A stretch of 64,000 nucleotides of DNA from contig CAXXIH010000001.1 of the NCBI GenBank assembly GCA_963663365.2, positions 875,209-939,208 of the forward strand. The letters run 5' to 3'. Under the pieces are notes generated by a model. That model searched no databases. It was not told the DNA's origin and saw only the letters and a program-made list of their open reading frames with translations. Shown here in pieces: positions 1-9,314 of this stretch; position 1 is the stretch's first letter, and each line of letters starts with the position of its first letter. The DNA is from a bacterium (GTDB taxonomy: Bacteria; Hinthialibacterota; Hinthialibacteria; Hinthialibacterales; G963663365). Both the position numbers and the translations under genes were made by a program.

Positions 1-249
1 GTCTTAGCCGGTTTTATTCTTATCATCACCCGGTTTAAAGCCCTTAGCCAAGTTGTCGGTTATTTGGTGCTTGAGAACGGCATCTTTATTTTCGGAATGC
101 TATTGGTTGAAGCGATGCCACTCATTGTAGAGACGGGTGTCCTTTTAGATTTGTTTGTCTGTATTTTCGTTGTTTGCATTATCGTGAATCACATCAGCCA
201 AGCTTTTTCATCAATGGATACACGCCGCTTGGTTTCACTAAAGGAATAA
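1..249 (+). CDS. HyfE/NuoK-type small membrane subunit of a group-4 hydrogenase-like complex, C-terminal fragment (5' end lies outside the window)
   Basis: Frame 1 is open from base 1 to TAA at 247-249. The sequence is very hydrophobic (GYLVLENGIFIFGMLLVEAMPLIVETGVLLDLFVCIFV). It ends 3 nt before the antiporter-like subunit gene. Confidence 0.5.
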   Translation, partial: VLAGFILIITRFKALSQVVGYLVLENGIFIFGMLLVEAMPLIVETGVLLDLFVCIFVVCIIVNHISQAFSSMDTRRLVSLKE

Positions 250-252
250 TCC

Positions 253-1686
253 ATGGCATTCGCCCTGATTCTTTTGCCAATCATCATGGCTGCAATCGCG
301 GCAGCCGTGCCATCCAATTATTGGCGGCCATGGCTATTGCCCGTAGCATCAACGGTGCACCTTGCGCTGACCGTGGCGGCGATCCTCCAACCGCACCTTG
401 TGACGGGCGCAACATGGCTAGAACTCGACCCACCCGGCCAAATCGTTTTATTTGTGGTCAGCACCCTCTTTTTTCCATGTTCGTTTTATACGGCGGGATA
501 TCTTCGGATGCGCCAAGAACGTTCCAATCGTGTTTTTTGCGCATGTTTATTGATGTCTCTCGGTTCAATGAGTCTGATGACTTTGTCTCACCATTTGGGC
601 CTGATGTGGGTAGCGGCTGAGGCCACAACGTTAGCGACGACACCTTTGATTTATTTTAATCGCACGCAGCAGAGTATTGAGGCGACCTGGAAATACTTGC
701 TTATTAGTTCAGTCGGAGTCGCTCTGGCTTTACTCGGTACTTTTTTCCTGGCCTATGCTCTGATACACGGAGGGCTTGAATCCACACTTACGTTTGAGGA
801 TTTACTGCACCTTGCACCGCGGCTTTCTAAGCCATGGCTCCATGCTGCATTCGTTCTACTGCTTATTGGTTATGGGACAAAGATGGGGCTGGCTCCGATG
901 CATACCTGGAAACCCGATGCCTATGGCGAAGCGCCCGGTGTGGTGGGAGCCATCTTTTCGGGTGGAGTTACGAGCTGTGCTTTCCTTGCGATTTTGCGCA
1001 TTTACCATATCTGCATTGCGGCGGGTGAGGTTGTCTATATTTCGCGGCTTTTGCTGTTGATAGGGCTTTTTTCAATGGTTGTTGCCGGATTGTTTGTTGT
1101 TGGGCAGCGTGATATTAAGCGCATGCTTGCTTATTCAAGTGTAGAGCATATGGGGATTTTGATATTGGGGTTGGGTGTAGGTGGACCGGCATTGTTCGGA
1201 ACGTTGCTGCATGTCATTACCAATGGCCTAACCAAAGGCGTCTTGTTTCTTTCGGCAGGCAATATTCATCGCGCCTATGCCAGCAAGTCCTCCGAGCAAA
1301 TCTGCGGAGTGTTACGCCGGCTTCCATTATCCGGCTTATTGTTTCTCTCCGGTTTTTTTGCAATCACGGGATCCCCGCCTTTCGGTCCCTTCATTAGCGA
1401 ATTCGCGATTCTTAATGGCGCATTTGAATCCGGCCGGTTTGTTGCCGGGGGACTATTCTTATTTCTTTTGCTGGTTGTATTTATTGGAATGGGAGCGACG
1501 GTTTTGCATGTTGTACAAGGCCATATTCCTGAGGATGCGTCCCGTACGCCTTATCGAGATGGAGTGCTAACCGCAACACCGGTAATGTTTCTCTTGGTGC
1601 TTGTCATACTTTTGGGGCTCTATATTCCGGCTCCGATTGCTCACATGTTGCAAACAGCGGTTCATTATTTGGAGGGGCAAGCATGA
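253..1686 (+). CDS. Antiporter-like proton-translocating membrane subunit (NuoL/M/N, HyfF/MnhD family)
   Basis: 477-aa polytopic membrane ORF with the family motif GTKMGLAPMHTWKPDAYGEAPGVVGAIFSG. Its stop overlaps the next start (ATGA at 1683-1686). Confidence 0.85.
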   Translation: MAFALILLPIIMAAIAAAVPSNYWRPWLLPVASTVHLALTVAAILQPHLVTGATWLELDPPGQIVLFVVSTLFFPCSFYTAGYLRMRQERSNRVFCACLLMSLGSMSLMTLSHHLGLMWVAAEATTLATTPLIYFNRTQQSIEATWKYLLISSVGVALALLGTFFLAYALIHGGLESTLTFEDLLHLAPRLSKPWLHAAFVLLLIGYGTKMGLAPMHTWKPDAYGEAPGVVGAIFSGGVTSCAFLAILRIYHICIAAGEVVYISRLLLLIGLFSMVVAGLFVVGQRDIKRMLAYSSVEHMGILILGLGVGGPALFGTLLHVITNGLTKGVLFLSAGNIHRAYASKSSEQICGVLRRLPLSGLLFLSGFFAITGSPPFGPFISEFAILNGAFESGRFVAGGLFLFLLLVVFIGMGATVLHVVQGHIPEDASRTPYRDGVLTATPVMFLLVLVILLGLYIPAPIAHMLQTAVHYLEGQA

Positions 1687-3215
1687 ATCAATATACCGCT
1701 GACTTAGCCCCATTGATGAATGGAAGCGCGATTGAATTGGAGGCCATTCCCGCGCTGATTTTCGTTGATTTTGAGCGTGTGGTTGTTAATGCCGTGGCCG
1801 CAGGTCTGCGTATCGTGGCGATGTTCGGTGCATCTATTCAAAAATCAAACAGGACATCGATCTTTATTGTTCTTGCCGATGATAAACAGGGGCAATTATA
1901 TGTAGGGCGAACTGAAGTCATGGGAGACCGGTTTCCCTCGCTCACTCCGCGTTGTACGCAAGCGCATCTTTTTGAACGGGAGATTGCCGAGCAGTTCGGG
2001 CTTAAGCCTTTAGGGCACCCGTGGCTTAAACCTGTCCGCTATCACCGTTCTTGGACAAACCGGGATGCTTGGGACCGTTCATTCGATCAACCAATCCTGC
2101 CTGCGACAGGTGAGTTCTATTGTGTTGAAGGCGATGAAGTGCATGAAGTTGCCGTAGGGCCGGTTCACGCAGGCATTATCGAGCCGGGGCACTTTCGGTT
2201 CCAATGCCACGGTGAGAACGTATTCCATTTGGAGATCGCGCTTGGGTATCAGCATCGAGGTGTTGAACAAGCGATGGTTGGAGGGCCACACAAACGTTGC
2301 ATTCATTACGCTGAAACACTCGCAGGAGACACAACCGTTGCGCACACAACCGCCTATTGCCAGGTCGTGGAGGCGTTGGCCAAATGTCAAGAACCGGCCC
2401 GTTCACAGACTCTACGCGGTATCGCATTGGAATTTGAACGCTTGGCGAATCATGTCGGCGATCTTGGTGCGTTGTCTAATGATGTGGGATTTCTTCCTAC
2501 CGCGAACTTCTGTGGCCGTATTCGCGGCGATTTTCTCAATATGACCGCTTTGTTGTGCGGGAACCGGTTCGGGCGCGGCATGATTCGGCCCGGTGGAACT
2601 GCATTCGATGTCGATGACACGCGTATCGCTGAAATCCTGCGCCGGCTCAATAAAGCCGAAGAGGAGACGTCCTCTGCTGTTAATCTTTTATGGAATACGC
2701 CATCCGTGATGGCGCGTTTTGAAGACACTGGTCCATTGGCGCAGAAAACGGCGGTCGAATTAGGAATCCTCGGACCTGCCGCGCGGGCGTCAGGGCTCGC
2801 ACGAGATTCTCGTAGCGATCAGCCATCAGGAATTTACCGATTTGTTCATATCCCTGTTTCAACTTACGAGTCCGGGGATGTTTTCGCCCGTGCCTATGTT
2901 CGTTGGCTGGAGATTCAGCAATCGATTGGATTTATCAAAGAACAATTTCGTGCGATGCCTGGTGGCGCAATACGAGTTCCAATTGCCTCACAATTGCCCA
3001 ATCGGCTCGCTATCGCACTGAATGAAGGATGGCGCGGTGAAGTATGTCATATCGGCATCACTGATGGTGAAGGCCGATTTGCCCGCTACAAAATCGTGGA
3101 TCCCTCATTTCACAACTGGTTCGGTTTGGCTTATGCCATGCGCAACCAACAGATATCGGATTTTCCGCTCTGCAATAAAAGTTTCAATCTATCCTATTGC
3201 GGGCATGATCTTTAA
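1683..3215 (+). CDS. Fused NuoC/NuoD-type large subunit of a group-4 [NiFe]-hydrogenase-like complex (HycE/HyfG-like) without canonical Ni-Fe cysteine ligands
   Basis: The core GPVHAGIIEPGHFRF...LGYQHRGVE is typical of HycE/NuoD, and the N-terminal ~130 aa are NuoC-like. The position of the N-terminal CxxC motif reads AGDT (nt 2322-2333). The C-terminus is DFPLCNKSFNLSYCGHDL instead of DPCxxCxxR. Confidence 0.8.
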   Translation: MNQYTADLAPLMNGSAIELEAIPALIFVDFERVVVNAVAAGLRIVAMFGASIQKSNRTSIFIVLADDKQGQLYVGRTEVMGDRFPSLTPRCTQAHLFEREIAEQFGLKPLGHPWLKPVRYHRSWTNRDAWDRSFDQPILPATGEFYCVEGDEVHEVAVGPVHAGIIEPGHFRFQCHGENVFHLEIALGYQHRGVEQAMVGGPHKRCIHYAETLAGDTTVAHTTAYCQVVEALAKCQEPARSQTLRGIALEFERLANHVGDLGALSNDVGFLPTANFCGRIRGDFLNMTALLCGNRFGRGMIRPGGTAFDVDDTRIAEILRRLNKAEEETSSAVNLLWNTPSVMARFEDTGPLAQKTAVELGILGPAARASGLARDSRSDQPSGIYRFVHIPVSTYESGDVFARAYVRWLEIQQSIGFIKEQFRAMPGGAIRVPIASQLPNRLAIALNEGWRGEVCHIGITDGEGRFARYKIVDPSFHNWFGLAYAMRNQQISDFPLCNKSFNLSYCGHDL

Positions 3216-3260
3216 AACAGGTTTTACCGGCGCTCCTTATGCGCTTTGAAGGTACCAACC

Positions 3261-4043
3261 ATGCTGAATGTTATTCTTGGCCGTCTTAAACAGGGACATC
3301 ACACAATTAAGTATCCCGACGCTCCAGCGCCGAAATTGCCGGATCGTTTTCGAGGTCTTCCGGTACTCGATGCGGCAACGTGTCCCGAGGGCTGCAACGC
3401 ATGTGCCGAAGCATGCCCGAGCGATGCTATTCACCTGGCCGGTAAAACATCTATTGATCTTGGCAAGTGTCTTTTTTGCACGGCTTGTACCGAAGCGTGC
3501 CCGGAACATTTCATAGCCTTTTCCGATGATTATCGATTATCTGTCCGTCAGCGAAATGACTTGATTGTTGAGCAGAATCAGCATGTGATGAATCTTGCGG
3601 TTTCGCTAGAGGGGAAACTTAAGAAACTGTATGGCCGATCCCTGAAACTTCGGCAAGTGAGCGCCGGAGGCTGCAATGCCTGCGAAGCTGATGTGAATGT
3701 ATTAAATACAATCGCGTGGGATTTGGGGCGTTTCGGGATTCAATTTGTGGCATCGCCACGTCATGCGGACGGATTGTTAATTACCGGGCCTGTGACACAA
3801 AATATGGAACTTGCGTTAAAGAAGACATACGATGCGACGCCAAATCCCAAAATTGTTATTGCGGTTGGAGCATGCGCAATTTCCGGTGGTCCCTATGCCG
3901 GTCATAATCAAGTTTATAATGGAGCAGATACCTGCATTCCGGTGGATTTATACATTCCCGGCTGCCCGCCTCATCCGCTAACGATCCTCGATGGCCTGCT
4001 CCGTCTGCTGGGCCGAATTGAAGATGGGCATTGTTCCAGTTAA
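3261..4043 (+). CDS. Fused 2x[4Fe-4S] ferredoxin (HycF/NuoI-like) plus NuoB/HycG-type small subunit
   Basis: Ferredoxin motifs CPEGCNACAEACP and CLFCTACTEACP are followed by NuoB-type cluster ligands GGCNACE, GACAISGG and GCPPHP. ATG 3261 is preceded by GAAGG. The ORF-track start TTG 3246 is an alternative. Confidence 0.8.
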   Translation: MLNVILGRLKQGHHTIKYPDAPAPKLPDRFRGLPVLDAATCPEGCNACAEACPSDAIHLAGKTSIDLGKCLFCTACTEACPEHFIAFSDDYRLSVRQRNDLIVEQNQHVMNLAVSLEGKLKKLYGRSLKLRQVSAGGCNACEADVNVLNTIAWDLGRFGIQFVASPRHADGLLITGPVTQNMELALKKTYDATPNPKIVIAVGACAISGGPYAGHNQVYNGADTCIPVDLYIPGCPPHPLTILDGLLRLLGRIEDGHCSS

Positions 4044-4076
4044 CGTTTTTCTCGCTCTCGACCGCGGCCGTTGATG

Positions 4077-6044
4077 TTATTCTATTGCTTTGTAAACAAA
4101 CACCGCCGCGAAAGGCCGTTCCTTCAAGGTTACCGGAATGCCCTGCTCCATCAGTTCCTTTCCGCTCATTTTAAAATCTTCACCATCGAAATCGGTCACC
4201 AGATAATTCTTCTCGGGATCGAGCGCCTGTAACGTGATATGGCCGGTTTCGCATGGGCTTTTGGGGCGGCGAAAAACCTGCGCGATGCCTTCCTTTAGGT
4301 CAGGCCGGTCAAACTGCCATGCCATCCATGCATCGACTGCTTGTGAATACTCGCTCAGGGGGTAATAGTCTCCAAGAAAATATTTCTGAACACCGCGGTA
4401 TTGGGTGAGCGTCTTTTTGACGTCTTCGAACGGGAAATCATCCGGCACGTTTTTCGTCTGCGAGGCGACGCTATCCCCGAACATCCCAAACACGACGCTG
4501 GCGGAGTAGGAGGAACGGAAATCGTAGGTGTTCATCGGTTCGCATCCGCCGCTTGCGTTCAGTGGAATCCAAAAAGAAATGCCGTAGGTGTGGCATTGGC
4601 GTCCGGTGATATCTCCGGGGTAATCGGTTATCCAAAGGGGAAGGGTTCTGCTGATGGCCTCCAGGTCAATGCGGCGGCCGCCACTGGCGCAGTTGTCGAT
4701 AATGAGATTCGGATGGCGTTCCAGCAGCTCATCCCAAAAATCGTAGAGTCCCTGTATCCATTTTGCCTCGTTGATCCCTTGCCGGTTGCCATCAGTATCC
4801 TCGGCGGCGTCCGCGGCCCGCCAAAACTCCAGCGTTGAAATGTTGGCATCATGCCGGAAACAGTCCAAGCCGAATTCGGTGATTCGGCTCGATATGTATT
4901 CCGTCAAAAATTTTCGTGCTTCGGGATCGGCAAAGTTAAACAGACGATCATTTTCATTGATTTGGTTTCTCGCGCTTTCCCATTTTACCCAGTCCGGTTC
5001 TGATTGCGGATTACCCCAGTTGTAGTGGCGTTTATCTTTGGGGACATTGAGCAGCCAATTGGCGTGCTCGGTGTACCACGGCGTTCCCTCGCACACGCGT
5101 TCCGGTTCATACCAGAGCAGCAGCTTACGTCCGCTTGCGTGCAACGCGTCACTGATCGGCTTAAATCCGTCCGGATACAGATCTTTTTTGTATCGCCAAT
5201 CACCCACCGTTTTGAACCACGGACCCTGGCCGAACCATTCCGCGTCAATCCAATAATATTCCATAGGAAGATCATGGCTGGTGATGGCTTTGATATTTTC
5301 CAGATGCGACGCCGCGCTTGCTCCGCCCCAATTGCCGTTGAATATTGGAACGGGATCGAAATTGGGGGGACGGTGATGCGCCAGCAGGAACCGCCGTAAC
5401 ATATTCTGCCCATTTAAGCGCCCGCCCTCATAACGCACGATCAGAATGCGGGGTGTGCGGATTTCCTCGCCCGGATGCAGTTTCAGGTGCGTATTCTCCA
5501 TGCCTGCACGGATATTGATATTATTCTCGTTATCACGTGAGAACTCCGCAGCCCACTGTCCGGACCAGCCCACGGCGATAACCAGTCCCGTGCCGTCGGC
5601 TTGTTCAAAATTGAAAAACGGAAGCCAGTCGCTGGAAGAACGTCCGCTGCCTCCCGCCAATTTAAATATCGCGTTTCGATTCATCACCCGTTTGAGTGGT
5701 TGATAATCGTCCATTGAACAGACGCCGCCCCGGGCGTAATGAACCACGGGTTTGCCTTCCACTTTGAATGTCAGGTCTAACGCATGCACATCTTTCAGCA
5801 CAGGAGTATCGGCGGAACCGTTATTCGCGAAGTGCAGAACCCATTCGAGCGCCGGAAAATCGGAAAACTTCGTCTCATCGCAACGAACGGCCAGGCCGGT
5901 ACTTTCATCGCTCCATCCCGAATGCATCCGCTCATGCAGTTTGCCATCGAACACAAACGAGAATTCGGGTTGTTCCATGCCGTTTCCGTCCGCGTATGAA
6001 AATAAAACAGATAAGACAAGGGCTGGAAATATTTTGAGCGCCAT
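4077..6044 (-). CDS. Secreted alpha-galactosidase-like glycoside hydrolase (GH36-like)
   Basis: 655 aa with an N-terminal signal-like segment (MALKIFPALVLSVLFSYADG). Motifs YYWIDAEWF, GLDCFRHDAN and IDNCASGGRRIDLE resemble the GH36 catalytic region. Confidence 0.65.
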   Translation of the reverse strand: MALKIFPALVLSVLFSYADGNGMEQPEFSFVFDGKLHERMHSGWSDESTGLAVRCDETKFSDFPALEWVLHFANNGSADTPVLKDVHALDLTFKVEGKPVVHYARGGVCSMDDYQPLKRVMNRNAIFKLAGGSGRSSSDWLPFFNFEQADGTGLVIAVGWSGQWAAEFSRDNENNINIRAGMENTHLKLHPGEEIRTPRILIVRYEGGRLNGQNMLRRFLLAHHRPPNFDPVPIFNGNWGGASAASHLENIKAITSHDLPMEYYWIDAEWFGQGPWFKTVGDWRYKKDLYPDGFKPISDALHASGRKLLLWYEPERVCEGTPWYTEHANWLLNVPKDKRHYNWGNPQSEPDWVKWESARNQINENDRLFNFADPEARKFLTEYISSRITEFGLDCFRHDANISTLEFWRAADAAEDTDGNRQGINEAKWIQGLYDFWDELLERHPNLIIDNCASGGRRIDLEAISRTLPLWITDYPGDITGRQCHTYGISFWIPLNASGGCEPMNTYDFRSSYSASVVFGMFGDSVASQTKNVPDDFPFEDVKKTLTQYRGVQKYFLGDYYPLSEYSQAVDAWMAWQFDRPDLKEGIAQVFRRPKSPCETGHITLQALDPEKNYLVTDFDGEDFKMSGKELMEQGIPVTLKERPFAAVFVYKAIE

Positions 6045-6208
6045 TTTCGCGACTCCTTTCCAAGCAATTCGCTAGTACTGCAGAGATGCAACTCGTTCTA
6101 GCCTTAGAAGGATTGCCCTTCGCAATTAATAAATCGTGACGAGTTCACGCCGACAGTGCTAGGGGTAAAAGGTCCAAATTTTCGCTATTCATCTCTCTAT
6201 TTCGGAGT

Positions 6209-6571
6209 ATGAAGAGTTGGGCGAGAGCGTTCCTAATTAGAAGGGGTGAGGTTGTTTTTTACAACCACCAGGCTGAAAATCAGTGGCGCGGTATTCTTTG
6301 GAGTATCTTCGGCCCCGCAATGCTCATCGGGATTGTATTGTTGGCGGTTTGGATTCCGGCTCGGCCCGTATTAAGGGATCCCAAGAATGATCCGTTTCCC
6401 CACGCGTACGGGCTCGCCTGGCTAGTTGTCATTGTGCTCAACGTGATTGCGCAAGCGATAACATTTCAACCTACGGTGTGGAATGAGATGGTATTCAGCA
6501 TCTACTATGTGCTCTTGTTTTTCATCACCGCAGTCATTCTCCATTGCTACGAGTCCATGAAGCGCCAATAA
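6209..6571 (+). CDS. Small integral membrane protein, function unknown
   Basis: 120-aa ORF with three hydrophobic helices (ILWSIFGPAMLIGIVLLAVWI, LAWLVVIVLNVIAQAI, VFSIYYVLLFFITAVIL). Composition matches the host. Confidence 0.5.
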   Translation: MKSWARAFLIRRGEVVFYNHQAENQWRGILWSIFGPAMLIGIVLLAVWIPARPVLRDPKNDPFPHAYGLAWLVVIVLNVIAQAITFQPTVWNEMVFSIYYVLLFFITAVILHCYESMKRQ

Positions 6572-6586
6572 GTACCGGATGAGTCA

Positions 6587-6991
6587 TTAGGGGAAACAAG
6601 TTCCATCACTTAATTTCCAGATCAATTTGTTAAGGTTAAAATTTTCCTGTATGAGTACTGCAAGTTTATCTTTGTTTATGTGTGTACTACAAACTGCCTT
6701 CAAAGTCGTTGGGAGTCCGATATTGATTATTTTAAAATTCAGAATTATTGCAAATTCATCAACAATAGCAGTTGCATCATCCATATTGCATTCTGGTACA
6801 TATAAAATACCTGATCGACTTGGATTGCCAATTGCCACGCATTCAAAGGGGTACCACTCAAAACCAGAATTAATTGCTGCATAATCAAGCTTTGCAAAGT
6901 CGTCGAATGCATGGTTAGGGCGATTTGGAGAAGGATTGTGTAATAAAAGATTCCATCTAACAATTCTCCATTCATTCAAGTTTAGATTCAT
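6587..6991 (-). CDS. Hypothetical protein, last gene of the AT-rich TIR-led operon
   Basis: 134-aa ORF, co-directional with the operon. ATG at 6991 has GAGG about 9 nt upstream. I recognise no family motif. Confidence 0.5.
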   Translation of the reverse strand: MNLNLNEWRIVRWNLLLHNPSPNRPNHAFDDFAKLDYAAINSGFEWYPFECVAIGNPSRSGILYVPECNMDDATAIVDEFAIILNFKIINIGLPTTLKAVCSTHINKDKLAVLIQENFNLNKLIWKLSDGTCFP

Positions 6992-7134
6992 TGTCTTTTA
7001 CCTCGTTTTTTGGCATTCCTACTTCATGGTTTATTCGTGTTTTTAGCGACAGAATTTTTCTTATCTTGTTCACCTGCCCGACAAGAGAAGTAAATTTGCT
7101 GTATAAGGATCAATACATTAACATTCTCCTACAT

Positions 7135-7878
7135 TCAGCGAAAAATTGATGGGGGGATGTTAGATTTTCGTTCTATCCGAACACTTCCTGTTTTTAGTCT
7201 CATGTTGAGGCTTTCAATTTGTGACTCAATCATTTCGGCTATGGTTGCCAACTTTTCAATATTTTCGGAAATTGGACCATAGTTTAATGTGCTTTCAATA
7301 GATCTGACTATTGCCGTACCACTTTTCTTTATTTCATCGTGGATTTTTTCGAGATGTGATACTATCGGATCGTGCGGAAGCGCGCTTTCTAGATACGGCT
7401 TCAAATCAATCGTTGTTGTCTCGCAAAACTTCTTCTCACCGTATGCGTATTTGGCAGTAATAACAAAATCGCTAGGGGTGACTTCTGAATCAATATTGTT
7501 ACCAAATATCTTGAAATCTTGTGCTAGATAGAATAACAATTCAGATTCTGGTGGAAGCGCGGCTATTGGATTATTAAATGCAGCGTAATTGCGGAGATTT
7601 TTGTTCTCTTGTTTTTCTCCAAATCGAAAAAAGTCTTTATCAATCTTCAGGCATAAATCTTCGGCAGCGGTTAAACCAGAGTTTTTAATTCTTAAATAAA
7701 ATATGTTGATTGCCGGAAATAAAACTGGAGAGATAGTCACATATGGTCGGTATATGGCTTCGTACTGTGATTGCATGATTTTGACGACATTTTGGTTAGC
7801 CTTAAGTATCCTATATGTAAAGCATGCATATATTCCGGTGATAAATACTAAGAGCGCAGTAAGAGTGAGTTCAATCAT
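7135..7878 (-). CDS. Single-pass membrane protein with a ~220-aa soluble domain (candidate effector), function unknown
   Basis: 247 aa with an N-terminal TM helix (IELTLTALLVFITGIYACFTY). Its start codon overlaps the upstream stop (ATGA at 7875-7878), which indicates translational coupling. The C-terminal 60 aa look like coiled coil. Confidence 0.6.
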   Translation of the reverse strand: MIELTLTALLVFITGIYACFTYRILKANQNVVKIMQSQYEAIYRPYVTISPVLFPAINIFYLRIKNSGLTAAEDLCLKIDKDFFRFGEKQENKNLRNYAAFNNPIAALPPESELLFYLAQDFKIFGNNIDSEVTPSDFVITAKYAYGEKKFCETTTIDLKPYLESALPHDPIVSHLEKIHDEIKKSGTAIVRSIESTLNYGPISENIEKLATIAEMIESQIESLNMRLKTGSVRIERKSNIPPSIFR

Positions 7879-8513
7879 TTGTTGTCCTCGAATAACTTTT
7901 CAAAATTCATGCATGAAGAAAAGTTGATTGGCCAGCCATCAAAAGTCCAGCCATCAAAATAATGCATTTCTTTTGCTTTCAAAAATTTCTGTTTCAGTTC
8001 TTCCTTGTTGGCTATATTTATTAGTTTTCCTAAGTGTTTCATGCCGTTGTCTGATTCGGCGCGAAGAAATATTTCAAATGGCTGGTAGGCTCTTGATCGG
8101 TATACTAAGGTTCGCGGAAACCATGAAGTGTTGATGTTTCCACTAAATGCGCCCTTTAGGCAGAGAAGAAAATCAGATTGCATAATGTTTTCAAAATCGA
8201 TGTATTCAAAATCTGCTCTTTCTTTTAGTAGGTCAGCAGTTATAGAGACTCTTCTGAGTTCAAGGCGCGTATTTCTAACTTCATCGAGTCCGCGCAACCT
8301 ATGGTTCATGCGGCAATAATCGCAGGAAGTTGTTTCGATGCCATTGTTTATAATGTATTTATCTTCTGTCAGCAAAGTGTAAGCACTGTAGTTTTTGTAT
8401 TTAATTGTGATAGATATTGTATAAAGAAAAAGTTCTAAGGCTATGAATCTGTAGTGCTCAAAAGCCATCTCGTTTGAATATCTTGTATTTGGAGGCGGGT
8501 AAAAACAATTCAT
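7875..8513 (-). CDS. Hypothetical protein, possibly the C-terminal portion of a split SEFIR/TIR gene
   Basis: 212-aa ORF from ATG 8513 with no Shine-Dalgarno sequence upstream. The same reading frame stays open for all 39 codons back to the TAA stop of the TIR ORF (8631-8633). Confidence 0.55.
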   Translation of the reverse strand: MNCFYPPPNTRYSNEMAFEHYRFIALELFLYTISITIKYKNYSAYTLLTEDKYIINNGIETTSCDYCRMNHRLRGLDEVRNTRLELRRVSITADLLKERADFEYIDFENIMQSDFLLCLKGAFSGNINTSWFPRTLVYRSRAYQPFEIFLRAESDNGMKHLGKLINIANKEELKQKFLKAKEMHYFDGWTFDGWPINFSSCMNFEKLFEDNK

Positions 8514-8630
8514 TAATTGTTCAAAGAATGAAAATATTGTTGCGAATGAATCTATGTCTCCATTGGATAAGCATAATATTCTTGTGATATCAATGAATTG
8601 ATCTCTGTAAGGTTTGAATTCCTCTATTTT

Positions 8631-9314
8631 TTATATCGTTAGGTCGTCCGAAGACGATTCAGGGTCAAGCGCAAAATGCTTGAGATTATGGGTCATCTTT
8701 TCGTAAAATTCGGTAATTGGCACAAGGCTGAACTTGCTTCCGCTTGTTATCGCATCTTTTGCAGCCTGAAACTGATGTAAGGTAGAGATAGACTGTAATT
8801 CTTCACTTGAAATGTATTTTGGGGGAGTACCAAGTGATGGCTTTGGGTACAAAGGCTTATTGTATATGTTCCTGAGTAGCTGATCATATTCGGCATAAAA
8901 TTTCGAATCCTTGGAAAGATCAATGTATTTGCGGGTTTTTAAGAATGTCGGCAAATATGGTTCTCCATTTTTATCTAATTCCATTACAATCGGTATGAAT
9001 TTTGTTTCATCTACTTTTTTGTACAGCTTGCCGGAAATTATCTGTGATTCTGTGCCAACACCACCTTCTCGTCCATCTGCCTTCTCTGCGTATCTTCTGT
9101 CAATAAATATCAGGACACGAATAATTGTGTCGTCTGTCACCATTTGTTCCATGAATACATTCAAATCTTGCCCCTCGCGCAAATCCCATTTGTCCAATAT
9201 GACTTCTACTCCATCAGACATGAGTTTAGTAGCAATTTCGATAATTGATTTCTCATGCTTAGGTGAAGACCAACTATATGAGATGAATACCTTTGGGATT
9301 GATGTTTCACTCAT
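8631..9314 (-). CDS. SEFIR/TIR-domain protein
   Basis: KVFISYSWSSPKHEKSIIEIATKLMSDGVEVILDKWDLREGQDLNVFMEQMV...VLIFIDRRY...GVGTESQII fits the SEFIR/TIR fold pattern. ATG 9314 has GGAGG 6 nt upstream (9321-9325). The ORF-track start at 9350 is less likely. Confidence 0.75.
   Translation of the reverse strand: MSETSIPKVFISYSWSSPKHEKSIIEIATKLMSDGVEVILDKWDLREGQDLNVFMEQMVTDDTIIRVLIFIDRRYAEKADGREGGVGTESQIISGKLYKKVDETKFIPIVMELDKNGEPYLPTFLKTRKYIDLSKDSKFYAEYDQLLRNIYNKPLYPKPSLGTPPKYISSEELQSISTLHQFQAAKDAITSGSKFSLVPITEFYEKMTHNLKHFALDPESSSDDLTI

Noticed and set aside
4401-5413. Several 60-145-aa ORFs on both strands inside the GH36-like gene, with similar antisense ORFs inside secA, uvrA and the ABC genes
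   Set aside because: They are nested within long ORFs that carry conserved motifs, and they have no independent signals. They are typical shadow ORFs.
8631-8633. TAA recoded as a sense codon (alternative genetic code)
   Set aside because: TAA clearly terminates well-conserved genes elsewhere in the window, for example the large hydrogenase-like subunit at 3213-3215 and secA at 27294-27296.
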